Shown here piece by piece: positions 47,376 through 56,867 of a DNA stretch of 64,000 nucleotides (positions are counted from its first letter, which is position 1; each line of letters begins with the position of its first letter). The position numbers were made by a program, and so were the translations under genes. This DNA is from Terriglobia bacterium (GTDB lineage Bacteria > Acidobacteriota > Terriglobia > Terriglobales > Acidobacteriaceae): contig CAVOVU010000009.1 in assembly GCA_963699935.1 (NCBI GenBank), positions 77,781 through 141,780 on the forward strand. The letters run 5' to 3'. A model generated the notes under the pieces. The model worked only from the letters and a program-made list of their open reading frames with translations, had not been told where the DNA came from and made no database searches.

Positions 47376-48576
47376 TTAGTACGGCCCAATGATGCCGCCG
47401 ATTTGCCGTGCCGCCGGCGCGCCGCTCTTTTTCTCCTTCTCGATTACATCCAGATACTTCAGGCCCGAGCCGGTGTTGAAGAGGACGACTTGGTCTTCGG
47501 ACGAGAAGAAACCACCGGCCCGCAGCGTGCGATAAGCCGCCAACGAAGCGGCCCCTTCCGGGGCGGCAAATATTCCCTCCACGCGGGCCCAGTGATGAAA
47601 TGCGTCCATGATTTCCGCGTCCGTTACCGCCACAGCTATGCCGCCGCTCTGTTTCAGGATGTCAAGAATCAGGTAGTCGCCATAGGCCTTGGGTACGCGA
47701 AGTCCAGCCGCCAACGTCGCGGCCTCAGGCCAGAAATCGGAAGCACGCCGTTTTTCATCCCACGCTTTAACAATGGGCGCGCACCCGGAAGATTGCACCG
47801 CCACCATCTTCGGGCGCTCGGATCCAATCCAGCCCAGCGCTTCCATCTCTTCAAAGGCCTTCCACATCCCGATCAATCCGACCCCTCCACCGGTGGGATA
47901 GATGATGCCCTGCGGCACCTTCCAGCCCAATTGCTCGGCCACCTCGTATCCCATGGTCTTTTTACCTTCAAGCCGGAATGGTTCCTTCAAGGTGGAGACG
48001 TCAAACCACCCCTCTTTCTCTTTTCGCTCGGCCACCATCCGGGCACAGTCGCTGATCAGGCCGTCCACCAGCGTGACCCTGGCGCCATAGCTTTCGCATT
48101 CCACCCGGTTGGCCAGGGGCACGTCGCGGGGCATGAAGATGTAGGCCTCGATACCAGCGGCGGCGGCGTAAGCGGCCAGCGCGCTGCCGGCATTTCCGGC
48201 AGAAGGCGCCGCCAGTTTTTTCAGGCCATAGGCTTTCGCCATGGTGACCGCGACTGACATCCCGCGCGCTTTAAAAGAACCGGTCGGATTCAGGCCTTCT
48301 TCCTTGATGAAAACATTGGCGAACTCCCGGCTGGGGAGCATCGGGCGTAAAGCCCTCGCCCAGGGTAACGGGAGGGGCATCCGGCAGCACTTCGGCGTAG
48401 CGCCACAAGGTCGCCGGGCGCGAGGCCAGCGAAGCAGGCTTAAAGTCGTTCTTTAGGTTTTCCAGGTTATAGCGAACGTACAGCACGCCCCCGTCGTTCG
48501 GACAAACGGTCTGCGGCTGGCCGGCGCTGAGATGTGCACCACATTTGGTGCATTCCAGATAGGCGATGCGGGACAC
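47376..48576 (-). pseudogene. thrC: Threonine synthase, with the frame broken near 48342
   Basis: The N-terminal Zn-ribbon part (CTKCGAH...CPNDGG...VTLGEGFTP) is in ORF 48271..48576. The continuation MLPSREFANVFIKEEGLNPTGSFKARG (PLP lysine) is in ORF 47376..48380. Confidence 0.85.
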
Positions 48577-48671
48577 CTGGGAAGTTTAGCATTCGCGGGT
48601 GGACTGAGAACTGACAACCAAAAACTGGCATCTGGGAATAGAAACCGGAAGGTGGGACCGTCGCGCGAAAC

Positions 48672-49472
48672 TCAGTTCGAGGGCAGGCGCAACAGTAGGG
48701 TATTGGCTTTACGGAACCACGGCCGCTCTCGGCGGCGCAAATATCCCGGCATGGTGGGCTTCTTGGCCAGGATTTGCCGGGCCCACTCCCGGGCCTCGGC
48801 ATGGCGCTGCTGGGAGGCGAGAAAGCCGGCATAATTGTAGTAGGTTTCGGAAGAGGTGGAAATTTTAACCACTTGCCGGAAGAGGGCTTCGGCCTTTTCC
48901 GGCTGGCCGGTGTTGGCATAGGCATGGGCCAGCAATCCGGCGGCGCGATGAAAATCGTAGGTGGAATCGCTTGCCACCACGCGCTCCAGGTCGGGCAGCG
49001 CGGCCGCAAAATCACCCATCATAACGGCCGCCACGCCACGACGGTAGAAGGGGTCGGGAGAATCGGTGCGGGAGGAGATTGACTTGTCGTAGGCCTTCCG
49101 CGACCTGGCATACTGCCCTTCCTCCAGATAGAGGTCCCCCAGTTCTTCATAATTTCCGGCCGAGGGGTTGTCCAGAATTGCGGCCTCCAGTTCACGGATG
49201 CGCTTGCGTCGCGGAAAGACCTTGAACGACTGGCGCAGAAGGCCGGCGTCGGGAACGGCTTCAACCGCGATGTACACCAGCGCGCCCAGCCAGCCCCCGA
49301 TAAGGATGATCCACAACCAGAACGTATCCGGCCGGCGCCGGATGAAGTGAATAATCGCGAACGCCTGCAGCAGAATGCCCCACCACGAAAACGCGAAAAA
49401 GAGGAGTGATCCCATGCCGATGAAGCAGTATAGATGAACCACGCGGGGACAGCCGGGGCGGCGTGTCCCCAC
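48672..49472 (-). CDS. Membrane protein with a PLD-N-like two-TM N-terminus and TPR repeats
   Basis: AIIHFIRRRPDTFWLWIIL motif followed by TPR-like repeats. Confidence 0.6.
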   Translation of the reverse strand: MGTRRPGCPRVVHLYCFIGMGSLLFFAFSWWGILLQAFAIIHFIRRRPDTFWLWIILIGGWLGALVYIAVEAVPDAGLLRQSFKVFPRRKRIRELEAAILDNPSAGNYEELGDLYLEEGQYARSRKAYDKSISSRTDSPDPFYRRGVAAVMMGDFAAALPDLERVVASDSTYDFHRAAGLLAHAYANTGQPEKAEALFRQVVKISTSSETYYNYAGFLASQQRHAEAREWARQILAKKPTMPGYLRRRERPWFRKANTLLLRLPSN

Positions 49473-49516
49473 GTGGTAGTGTCCCCACCTGGGCGGTGGC
49501 TGCTAAAATCGTCCCA

Positions 49517-50359
49517 GTGAAACTTCCCATCCGCCTTCTGGGTGTCGATATCGACGGCACTCTGCTGAACCCAGAATTTCAGATCTCACCGCCGGATATG
49601 GCGGCGCTGCGCCGCGCCCATGCGGCCGGAGTAGAAGTGGTGGTAGTCACAGGACGGCGCCATACTTTTGCCCTCCCCATCGTGCAGCAACTGGGCTTCG
49701 ACCTGTGGGTGATCAGCTCAAACGGCGCGATTACGCGCTCGCTGGCCGGAGAAACCTTTCATCGCGACATGCTTCCCGTCCAGACCTGCCGCCGGCTCTG
49801 CGCCAGCATGCAGGAATTTCGTGGAAACACGGTCCTCACTTTCGACACCGAAACCAAGGGCGCGATTGTGCTCGAGCACATGAACGAATTGAACGTCAGC
49901 ATTCAGCGCTGGCTGGAAAAGAACCTGCAATTCATTGACTTCGTGATCCCCATTGAAAACGCGCTCACCAGCGATCCGGTGCAGGCGATGTTCTGCGGCC
50001 CAATTCCCCGCATGCAGCAGGCGTTGGCGGCGCTGGCAGCCAGTAACCTGGATCAGGATATTACTGTGCTTCGGACCGAGTACGCGGTCCGCGACCTCTC
50101 CATCGTGGATGTGCTCAATCAGGGATGCTCCAAAGGCCACGCCCTGGAACGATGGGCTGGTCATCGCCGCATCCCCCGTAAAGAGGTCATGGCCATTGGT
50201 GACAACTACAACGACATAGAAATGCTTGCCTTCGCGGGAGTGCCGTTTATCATGGGAAATGCAGCCCCGGAGTTGCGCCGCGACGGCTGGATGGTGACCT
50301 TGTCGAACGATCAGAGCGGCGTAGCCGCGGCGATCGATCAGGTGCTGGGCTTTTCGTAG
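49517..50359 (+). CDS. Cof-type HAD-IIB phosphatase
   Basis: LLGVDIDGTLL and AIGDNYNDIEML motifs. A GTG start at 49517 is likely. Confidence 0.8.
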   Translation: MKLPIRLLGVDIDGTLLNPEFQISPPDMAALRRAHAAGVEVVVVTGRRHTFALPIVQQLGFDLWVISSNGAITRSLAGETFHRDMLPVQTCRRLCASMQEFRGNTVLTFDTETKGAIVLEHMNELNVSIQRWLEKNLQFIDFVIPIENALTSDPVQAMFCGPIPRMQQALAALAASNLDQDITVLRTEYAVRDLSIVDVLNQGCSKGHALERWAGHRRIPRKEVMAIGDNYNDIEMLAFAGVPFIMGNAAPELRRDGWMVTLSNDQSGVAAAIDQVLGFS

Positions 50360-50406
50360 CGCCGCCGTCCCGGCGCTACAAGGTCAAGCCAGCGACGAAC
50401 GAGAAC

Positions 50407-51222
50407 ATGAGCTCATCGAAAAAAATCGGGATCGTGCTGGGAGTCCTGCTCCTGGCCCTGCCCGCTCTAGCCACCGACCTGGCCATCCTGCGTAACGGCT
50501 TTTCCATCCGCCACGAGCGCCGCGAAACCGTGGGCTCAGCCACCCGCCTCTACCTTGGGGGCGACAAGGGCTACATCGATATTGCGACCGACCAGATCGA
50601 GCGCTTTGAGAAGGACTTGTCTCCGGCAGTTGCACCGGCCGCTTTATCGGCTGGCACTCCAACCGCCGCGGCCATCGTGGTGCCGGCCAGAATGGCCAAA
50701 CCGCAGAGCCTCAAGCCGCAGGACCTGAACCAGGTAATCAATACCATCAGCGACCGGCATCACATCGATCCTGATTTCATCAGCAGCGTGATCCATGCCG
50801 AGAGCGGATTCAATCCCCGGGCGGTTTCCCCCAAGGGCGCGCAAGGCCTCATGCAACTGATGCCCGGGACAGCCTCCAAGCTGGGAGTGTCAAACGCCTT
50901 CGACCCCAGCGCCAATGTGGAAGGCGGTACGCGCTACCTGACCGAATTGCTGCAACGCTATAACTTCGACGTGATCAAGGCTCTGGCCGCTTACAATGCC
51001 GGACCGCTCCGCGTGCAACAGTATGGCGGTGTTCCTCCCTATCGTGAGACCCAGGCCTATGTGGCGCGAATCGTTCGCGACTACAATCGCAAGAAAATCG
51101 CCCAGCGCAAAGCTGCGGCGGCGGCCACGAAAAACAATCGCAGGCAGAAGCCTCTGACCCAGGCGGTGGCCGCCCGGCAGGCCGCGGTCCCTGCCGCGCT
51201 CGCCTCCCAGGCGTCGCGCTGA
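50407..51222 (+). CDS. Lytic transglycosylase (SLT domain) with a signal peptide
   Basis: VIHAESGFNPRAVSPKGAQGLMQLMPGTA and AYNAGP motifs. Confidence 0.8.
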   Translation: MSSSKKIGIVLGVLLLALPALATDLAILRNGFSIRHERRETVGSATRLYLGGDKGYIDIATDQIERFEKDLSPAVAPAALSAGTPTAAAIVVPARMAKPQSLKPQDLNQVINTISDRHHIDPDFISSVIHAESGFNPRAVSPKGAQGLMQLMPGTASKLGVSNAFDPSANVEGGTRYLTELLQRYNFDVIKALAAYNAGPLRVQQYGGVPPYRETQAYVARIVRDYNRKKIAQRKAAAAATKNNRRQKPLTQAVAARQAAVPAALASQASR

Positions 51223-51265
51223 CCCATCCATATCCAGAGCCCGGTAGGCACTCCTCAGGCCGCTA

Positions 51266-51400
51266 GTGGGTCAGTTTCGTGATATGACCCGGCAAGGGCA
51301 TAAACCATGGAGGACACGAAGTATCACGAAGGCTTTGTTTTCTAAGGTTTCCTTCGTGTACCTCCTTGCCCTTCGTGGTTCATGGTCTCCAAACTGAGCC
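51266..51400. repeat. MITE-like palindromic element, copy 3 (inverted orientation)
   Basis: Reverse complement of copies 1 and 2. Confidence 0.8.
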
Positions 51401-51530
51401 GCTACACTCGGCCCCAATGCGTTGACCCGCGCCCCAGCGTCATTTACCTTGGAGCGGTTGCTTTGGGTCATTCGCCTGGGTCAGTGCCGTGCTCGGCGCC
51501 GCGCCAGCCGTTGGGGTCCTTCCCTTCAAC

Positions 51531-52598
51531 ATGGATAGAAAACGCATTCTTCTATACACGCTGGCATTCGTAGCGTTCGCGGTGCTGGTTTACATGCAGT
51601 TTCGCACCTGGCGCCACTTCGACTGGGACACCTTTTGGAGCGAAAGCGGGAACCTGGGCAAGCCTCCACACATCTATCACCTCTTCCACGCCGTGGCCCT
51701 GATCTACGTGGCCTACGGGTTGCGCGCTTTGCGCTGGAAGATCTTTCTACGTCCCGTGCGTCCCAAGGCTTCAACCTGGAGGTTGGTCGGACCCACTTTG
51801 GTTGGCTTTACGGGCTTGGCTCTGCTGGGACGCCCCGGAGAGCTCATCCGCCCCTATCTGATTGCCCGCCGGGAGGATTTGTCGTTCTCCTCCCAGTTGG
51901 CGGTCTGGGCAGTGGAACGCATCTTCGACATTGGAGCTTTTACCATCCTGCTGGTTCTGGCGGCCTTTTTTGCGATCGCGCCCAGACGACTCCCCTACAA
52001 CGGCGTTTTTCAAAAGGTGGGGCTGTCCTTTTTGGCCTTGTCGATCGGATTGACGATAGGGGCCATCGTGGTGAGCCGAAGTGGAGAAGCCCTGGCCAAC
52101 TGGGTGGAGCGCAGGTTTGCTCACCTGGCCTCTAATCTGGGCCATCGCGTGGCTCTGCGAATCCGGGAATTTCGTGGCGGGCTGCACACCATTCACGACG
52201 CCTGGTCGTTCGCGATGCTGGCCGTGGTTTCGATTGTCATGTGGGCAATGATCGCAGTTGCCTATAAAGAGGTGACCCACGCCTATCATGCCGAAGCACT
52301 GGAGATTCCACAGAGCCAGGTCCTTCTACTCATGGGATCCAGCATGGTGGGCTCGATCATTCAGCTGCCCGGTGTCGGAGGGGGCTCGCAACTCGCCACC
52401 ATCGCGGCCCTCGAGCACATCTTCGATGTGCCCAAGGAATTGGCGGCCAGTTGCGGGATTATGCTTTGGCTGGTGACCTTCATAGCAGTGATTCCGGCAG
52501 GTCTGCTGCTCGCACACCGGGAGCGGCTGTCGTTGCGCAAGCTGTCGGCGGAAAGTCATCAGAAAGAAGAAGAAGTCGTCTCGCCTCCGGCCGGCTGA
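51531..52598 (+). CDS. Flippase-like membrane protein (LPG-synthase TM domain / UPF0104)
   Basis: About 8 TM helices. LRALRWKIFLRP motif. Confidence 0.7.
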   Translation: MDRKRILLYTLAFVAFAVLVYMQFRTWRHFDWDTFWSESGNLGKPPHIYHLFHAVALIYVAYGLRALRWKIFLRPVRPKASTWRLVGPTLVGFTGLALLGRPGELIRPYLIARREDLSFSSQLAVWAVERIFDIGAFTILLVLAAFFAIAPRRLPYNGVFQKVGLSFLALSIGLTIGAIVVSRSGEALANWVERRFAHLASNLGHRVALRIREFRGGLHTIHDAWSFAMLAVVSIVMWAMIAVAYKEVTHAYHAEALEIPQSQVLLLMGSSMVGSIIQLPGVGGGSQLATIAALEHIFDVPKELAASCGIMLWLVTFIAVIPAGLLLAHRERLSLRKLSAESHQKEEEVVSPPAG

Positions 52599-52608
52599 GC
52601 CCGCGTAG

Positions 52609-52630
52609 GGGCGGGTGCCCTCACCCGCCC
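52609..52630. repeat. GC hairpin GGGCGGGTG-ccct-CACCCGCCC, copy 1
   Basis: 9-bp stem located 10 nt after the stop codon. Copy 2 at 56690-56711 is identical and a variant lies at 58224-58245. Confidence 0.6.
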
Positions 52631-52777
52631 GGCCGGGCAGGGACCGGCTGCTTTCTTCCTGGCCGAACCTGGAACCTCGACGAGCTGCCGACGTCCGAGG
52701 TCTGACGTCCGAAGCCCGAGGTCTGAGGTCCGTCTTACTCCCCCTGTTACAATTGCAAGCGAAGACTCCCGTCTGAC

Positions 52778-53272
52778 ATGAAGTGCCCTTTCTGTGGCTT
52801 CGAAAATGACAAAGTGGTGGACTCGCGCGAGAGCAAGGAAGCCGATTCCATCCGTCGCCGCCGCGAGTGTCTGAAATGCGGCAAGCGCTTTACCACCTAT
52901 GAGCGAATCGACGAAATCCCCTACATGGTGGTCAAGAAAGATGGCCGCCGGGAAAAATTTGACCGCCAGAAAGTACTGAACGGCCTCCTGCGGGCGTGCG
53001 AGAAGCGGCCCGTCCCCATCAGCCGCCTGGAACAGATTGTGAATGAGGCGGAAGGCTTCGTCATCGAGTCGCCGGAGCGTGAGCGCAAGACCAGCGAAGT
53101 AGGAGAGCTGATCATGAACCGCCTGCGCCGCTATGACAAAGTAGCGTACGTCCGTTTTGCCTCGGTCTATCTGGACTTCAAAGACGTCCAGGAGTTCATG
53201 GCCGAGCTGAAAGATCTGCTGAAGACGAAAGAAGCACCCGAGGTTCGCAGCAAAGGCGCGGTAAAGAGTTAG
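52778..53272 (+). CDS. nrdR: Transcriptional repressor NrdR
   Basis: MKCPFCG...CLKCGKRFTTYE zinc ribbon plus an ATP-cone domain. Confidence 0.9.
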   Translation: MKCPFCGFENDKVVDSRESKEADSIRRRRECLKCGKRFTTYERIDEIPYMVVKKDGRREKFDRQKVLNGLLRACEKRPVPISRLEQIVNEAEGFVIESPERERKTSEVGELIMNRLRRYDKVAYVRFASVYLDFKDVQEFMAELKDLLKTKEAPEVRSKGAVKS

Positions 53273-53344
53273 CAGGTTGTGTGGCCGCGGGCGACCTCGC
53301 CCGCGACTTCGATGCAGCCAACGGGAGCGCCATCACACCGTCAC

Positions 53345-54388
53345 ATGGCTCACAAAGTCACACTCATTCCCGGCGACGGCATCGGCCCCGAAGTCATGCA
53401 GGCCACGGTGCGCATTCTGGAAGCCACCGGGGTGAAGTTCGACTGGGAAATATTTCAGGTAGGGGCGGAGGCGTTCGCCAAGTACAACGAATATATTCCC
53501 AAGGAGCTGATCGAATCCATCGAACGCACCCGGGTCGGACTGAAGGGGCCGGTGACCACGCCCGTAGGCGGAGGCTTTGCCAGCATCAACGTTGCCCTGC
53601 GCAAGAAATTCGAGCTCTACGCCAACTTCCGTCCCATTCAGAACCTCCCCCATATTCCGACCCGCTATCCCGGCGTCGATCTCATCATTGTCCGGGAAAA
53701 TACCGAAAGCCTTTATTCCGGCATCGAGCATGAAGTGGTGCCCGGCGTGGTCGAGAGCCTGAAGATCATCACCGAAAAGGCCTCCACCCGCATCGCCCGC
53801 TTCGCCTTTGAATATTCCCGCAAAAACCAGCGTAAGAAGATTCACGCCATCCACAAGGCCAACATCATGAAGCTTTCGGATGGCCTGTTCCTGCGCTGCT
53901 GCCGCGACGTGGCCAAGGAGTATCCCGAGATCACCTACGGAGAGCATATCGTTGACAACACCTGCATGCAGCTGGTGATGAATCCTTATCAATATGACGT
54001 GCTGGTGATGGAGAATCTTTACGGCGACATTATTTCCGACCTCTGCGCCGCCTTTGTCGGCGGGCTGGGGTTCGTGCCCAGCGCCAACCTGGGCGATACC
54101 TGTGCCATCTTTGAAGCGGTGCACGGATCGGCGCCTGACATCGCCGGCAAAAATCTGGCCAATCCCACCGCAGTCATCCGTTCCGCTCAACTGATGCTGC
54201 GCCACCTGGGCGAGCACCATGCAGCCGACATGATTCACGATGGCCTGGAAAAGGTTTATCGCACCGAAGATAGACGGACTCGCGATGTGGGCGGCAAAGC
54301 CGGGACCTCGGAGTTTGCAGACTCCATTATTCAGTTCATGGCAACCAGCACACACGTTCCTAAGCAAGCCGAATCCTCTCACGCGTAA
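53345..54388 (+). CDS. Isocitrate/isopropylmalate dehydrogenase family protein (NAD-dependent IDH-like)
   Basis: [23 protein letters not shown] and [14 protein letters not shown] motifs. Confidence 0.85.
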   Translation: MAHKVTLIPGDGIGPEVMQATVRILEATGVKFDWEIFQVGAEAFAKYNEYIPKELIESIERTRVGLKGPVTTPVGGGFASINVALRKKFELYANFRPIQNLPHIPTRYPGVDLIIVRENTESLYSGIEHEVVPGVVESLKIITEKASTRIARFAFEYSRKNQRKKIHAIHKANIMKLSDGLFLRCCRDVAKEYPEITYGEHIVDNTCMQLVMNPYQYDVLVMENLYGDIISDLCAAFVGGLGFVPSANLGDTCAIFEAVHGSAPDIAGKNLANPTAVIRSAQLMLRHLGEHHAADMIHDGLEKVYRTEDRRTRDVGGKAGTSEFADSIIQFMATSTHVPKQAESSHA

Positions 54389-54393
54389 AATTT

Positions 54394-55335
54394 ATGAACC
54401 CAGGCAAAGGCATCCGGCCGAAAGCCGTCTGGCTCTTCATTGCGGCCATCGCCCTGGTCACGCCCGCATTTTGTCAGAACCTCAAAGTCACACTTTTGGG
54501 GACCGGCGCTCCCCGCCCGGTGATGGAGCGTTTCGGCCCCAGCATTCTGGTGGAGGCGGGAAAAGAAGAACTGCTCTTCGATTGCGGACGTGGCGCAACC
54601 ATGCGCCTTTATCAGCTCAAAGCCCCGTTTGCCGACCTTACGGCGTTATTTCTGACCCACCTGCACTCCGATCACATTGTCGGAATTTCTGACTTTTATT
54701 TGACTGGCTGGATCCTGGGCAGGAGCACACCTCTGCGGGTCTGGGGGCCGGCGGGCACAGCCGACATGATGTCGCGCCTGGAGCAGGCTTATCAGTTCGA
54801 TATCCATATGCGACGCGATGTCGATGAGATGCTTCCCGCTCAGGGCGTAGTCGTCGTGGCGAAAGATATCGAGCAGGGCGTGGTGTACCAGAATGGAGGC
54901 GTGAAAGTGACTGCCTTCACCGTGGATCACGCTCCCATCAAACCTGCGTTCGGCTACCGCATCGATTATGGCGGACACTCCGTAGTGCTCTCCGGCGATA
55001 CCCGCTACAACGAAAATCTGATCCACTTCGCTAAGGGCGCGGATGTGCTGATTCACGAAGTAATCGATCCCGAAGCTTTTCGGGGAGGCAACGCTGTCTT
55101 CAACCCGGAGCTGACCAAGAAAGTAATCGCGCACCACACCACCGCCGAACAGGCAGGAACGATTTTCAGCCAGGTAAAACCCAGGCTGGCGGTCTATTCG
55201 CACATTGTGCCTCCGAATGCCGCCGACCTGCTGGCGCAGACGCGCAAAACTTATTCCGGGCCGCTCGAAGTGGGCGAAGACCTGATGAGCATCGAGATCG
55301 CGGACAAGATCGAGGTCCATCGAATTTCGAAATAG
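54394..55335 (+). CDS. Secreted MBL-fold metallo-hydrolase
   Basis: Signal peptide. LTHLHSDHIVG motif. Confidence 0.7.
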   Translation: MNPGKGIRPKAVWLFIAAIALVTPAFCQNLKVTLLGTGAPRPVMERFGPSILVEAGKEELLFDCGRGATMRLYQLKAPFADLTALFLTHLHSDHIVGISDFYLTGWILGRSTPLRVWGPAGTADMMSRLEQAYQFDIHMRRDVDEMLPAQGVVVVAKDIEQGVVYQNGGVKVTAFTVDHAPIKPAFGYRIDYGGHSVVLSGDTRYNENLIHFAKGADVLIHEVIDPEAFRGGNAVFNPELTKKVIAHHTTAEQAGTIFSQVKPRLAVYSHIVPPNAADLLAQTRKTYSGPLEVGEDLMSIEIADKIEVHRISK

Positions 55336-55360
55336 CGCATCAGCCTGGCCAGACAGCACA

Positions 55361-55600
55361 ATGAAAGTCGGTGACACAGTTCGATTGATCGGCGTCCCTG
55401 ATGGCCTGGAAGACTATCCCGACTTCCCAACGAAATCCACATTTGAGAAGTGCGTCGGCCGAGAGTTCGTGATAGCAGGCTTCAACGAGGCCGGGATGGC
55501 TGAACTCCCCATTGGGTCCGAGACTGGAAGTGTTGGTGAAACGATCTGGGTTGAACTCCAATTTCTCGAGCCGGTGTCAAAGTCGGCCTACCAGCCGTAA
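55361..55600 (+). CDS. Hypothetical 79-aa protein
   Basis: ORF with ordinary coding-like composition. No family recognised. Confidence 0.4.
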   Translation: MKVGDTVRLIGVPDGLEDYPDFPTKSTFEKCVGREFVIAGFNEAGMAELPIGSETGSVGETIWVELQFLEPVSKSAYQP

Positions 55601-55663
55601 CTCTTCGTTGACGCGGCCCACAGATTTTGAGTAACATCCTCCTTCTGCAAGGACACCCGGGGG

Positions 55664-56674
55664 ATGGCTAATCCAAAACGGCGGGTAGGTGTTGTACTCT
55701 TCCAGCTCGGCGGCCCTGACACGCCGCAAGCGATCGAACCCTTTCTTTTTAATCTTTTTTGCGACCCCGATATTATTGATTTCCCTTTTGCCCGGCTGGG
55801 ACGCAAGCCCCTGGCCAGGCTGATTTCGACGACCCGCGCCAAAAAAGTCCAGCACCACTATTCAGCCATCGGAGGAGCCTCGCCCATCCGGCGCTTCACC
55901 GAACAACAAGCCGATGCGCTCCAGCAACAACTTAGGGCTGATGGCATCGACGCTCACTGTTTCGTGGCCATGCGTTACTGGCACCCGTTCACGGCTGAAG
56001 CAGTCGAACAATTGCGCGCGGCGAATTGCGACGAAGTCGTCCTCTTACCGCTTTACCCCCAGTACTCGAGCACCACCACGGGAAGCAGCCTCAACGAATG
56101 GCGTCGCCTGTTTCACGATGACGTACCGACGCAGACCATCGAGGCGTTCTACCGCCATCCCCTCTATCTGGACTCGCTGGTCGAGAAGATTGACGAAGCG
56201 CTCGCCCGCTTCCCCGAGTCGGGTTGCCCGGAGATTGTTTTCAGCGCCCACAGCGTTCCCGTGTCCGTCATCGAAAAGGGCGATCCTTATCAGCGCCAGA
56301 TTGAAGAGACGGTCGAACTGGTGATGCAACGTGGCGCATGGCCTTTTCGCCACCGGCTCTGCTACCAGAGCAAGGTCGGCGCCAGCAAATGGCTGCAACC
56401 CTCGCTGCACCGCACCATCCGTGATCTGGCTGCAGAGCGGGTGCGCGAAGTTTGTGTTGTGCCCATCGCCTTTGTCTCCGACCACGTGGAGACCCTGGGC
56501 GAGATCGACCACGAAGCACGCAAAGAGGCCACGGCACTTGGAGTCCAGCAGTTCGAGATGACGTCAGGCTTAAATGATTCGCCGGCGTTCATCGCAGCAT
56601 TAGCGGCACTGGTAAAAAACGCGATCGCCGCCGATGAGATCAGCGAAAGCGAGCGCCTGGTCGCAGCCGACTAA
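55664..56674 (+). CDS. hemH: Ferrochelatase
   Basis: VVLFQLGGPD, LPLYPQYSSTTTGS and FSAHSVP motifs. Confidence 0.9.
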   Translation: MANPKRRVGVVLFQLGGPDTPQAIEPFLFNLFCDPDIIDFPFARLGRKPLARLISTTRAKKVQHHYSAIGGASPIRRFTEQQADALQQQLRADGIDAHCFVAMRYWHPFTAEAVEQLRAANCDEVVLLPLYPQYSSTTTGSSLNEWRRLFHDDVPTQTIEAFYRHPLYLDSLVEKIDEALARFPESGCPEIVFSAHSVPVSVIEKGDPYQRQIEETVELVMQRGAWPFRHRLCYQSKVGASKWLQPSLHRTIRDLAAERVREVCVVPIAFVSDHVETLGEIDHEARKEATALGVQQFEMTSGLNDSPAFIAALAALVKNAIAADEISESERLVAAD

Positions 56675-56689
56675 GTACCGCCCACGTGG

Positions 56690-56711
56690 GGGCGGGTGCC
56701 CTCACCCGCCC
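56690..56711. repeat. GC hairpin GGGCGGGTG-ccct-CACCCGCCC, copy 2
   Basis: Identical to 52609-52630. Located 16 nt after the hemH stop. Confidence 0.6.
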
Positions 56712-56867
56712 AGCGGAGCAAAGCTCCGCAAGGTTTTGGTAGCGGGTTCGATAAGTCAGGGTTCGGTTCAAACATTGGCGAGCTGGCCAGCCCGGATGAA
56801 GGCGTCCGGGCCTACGTGGATCGCCGGTTTGTAGAGCGTGGCCGTAATTTAAGGAGCGAAGCAACGG

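Noticed and set aside
53333-54382. Long antisense or shadow ORFs, for example 53333..54382(-), 62460..63746(-), 58256..59110(-), 24665..25549(-), 56960..57640(-), 59315..60250(-), 38659..39897(+) and 16573..17109(+).
   Set aside because: They lie opposite or out of frame to genes with clear family motifs. Their translations are Arg/Gly/Pro/Ala-rich low-complexity sequence, typical of non-coding frames in ~60% GC DNA.
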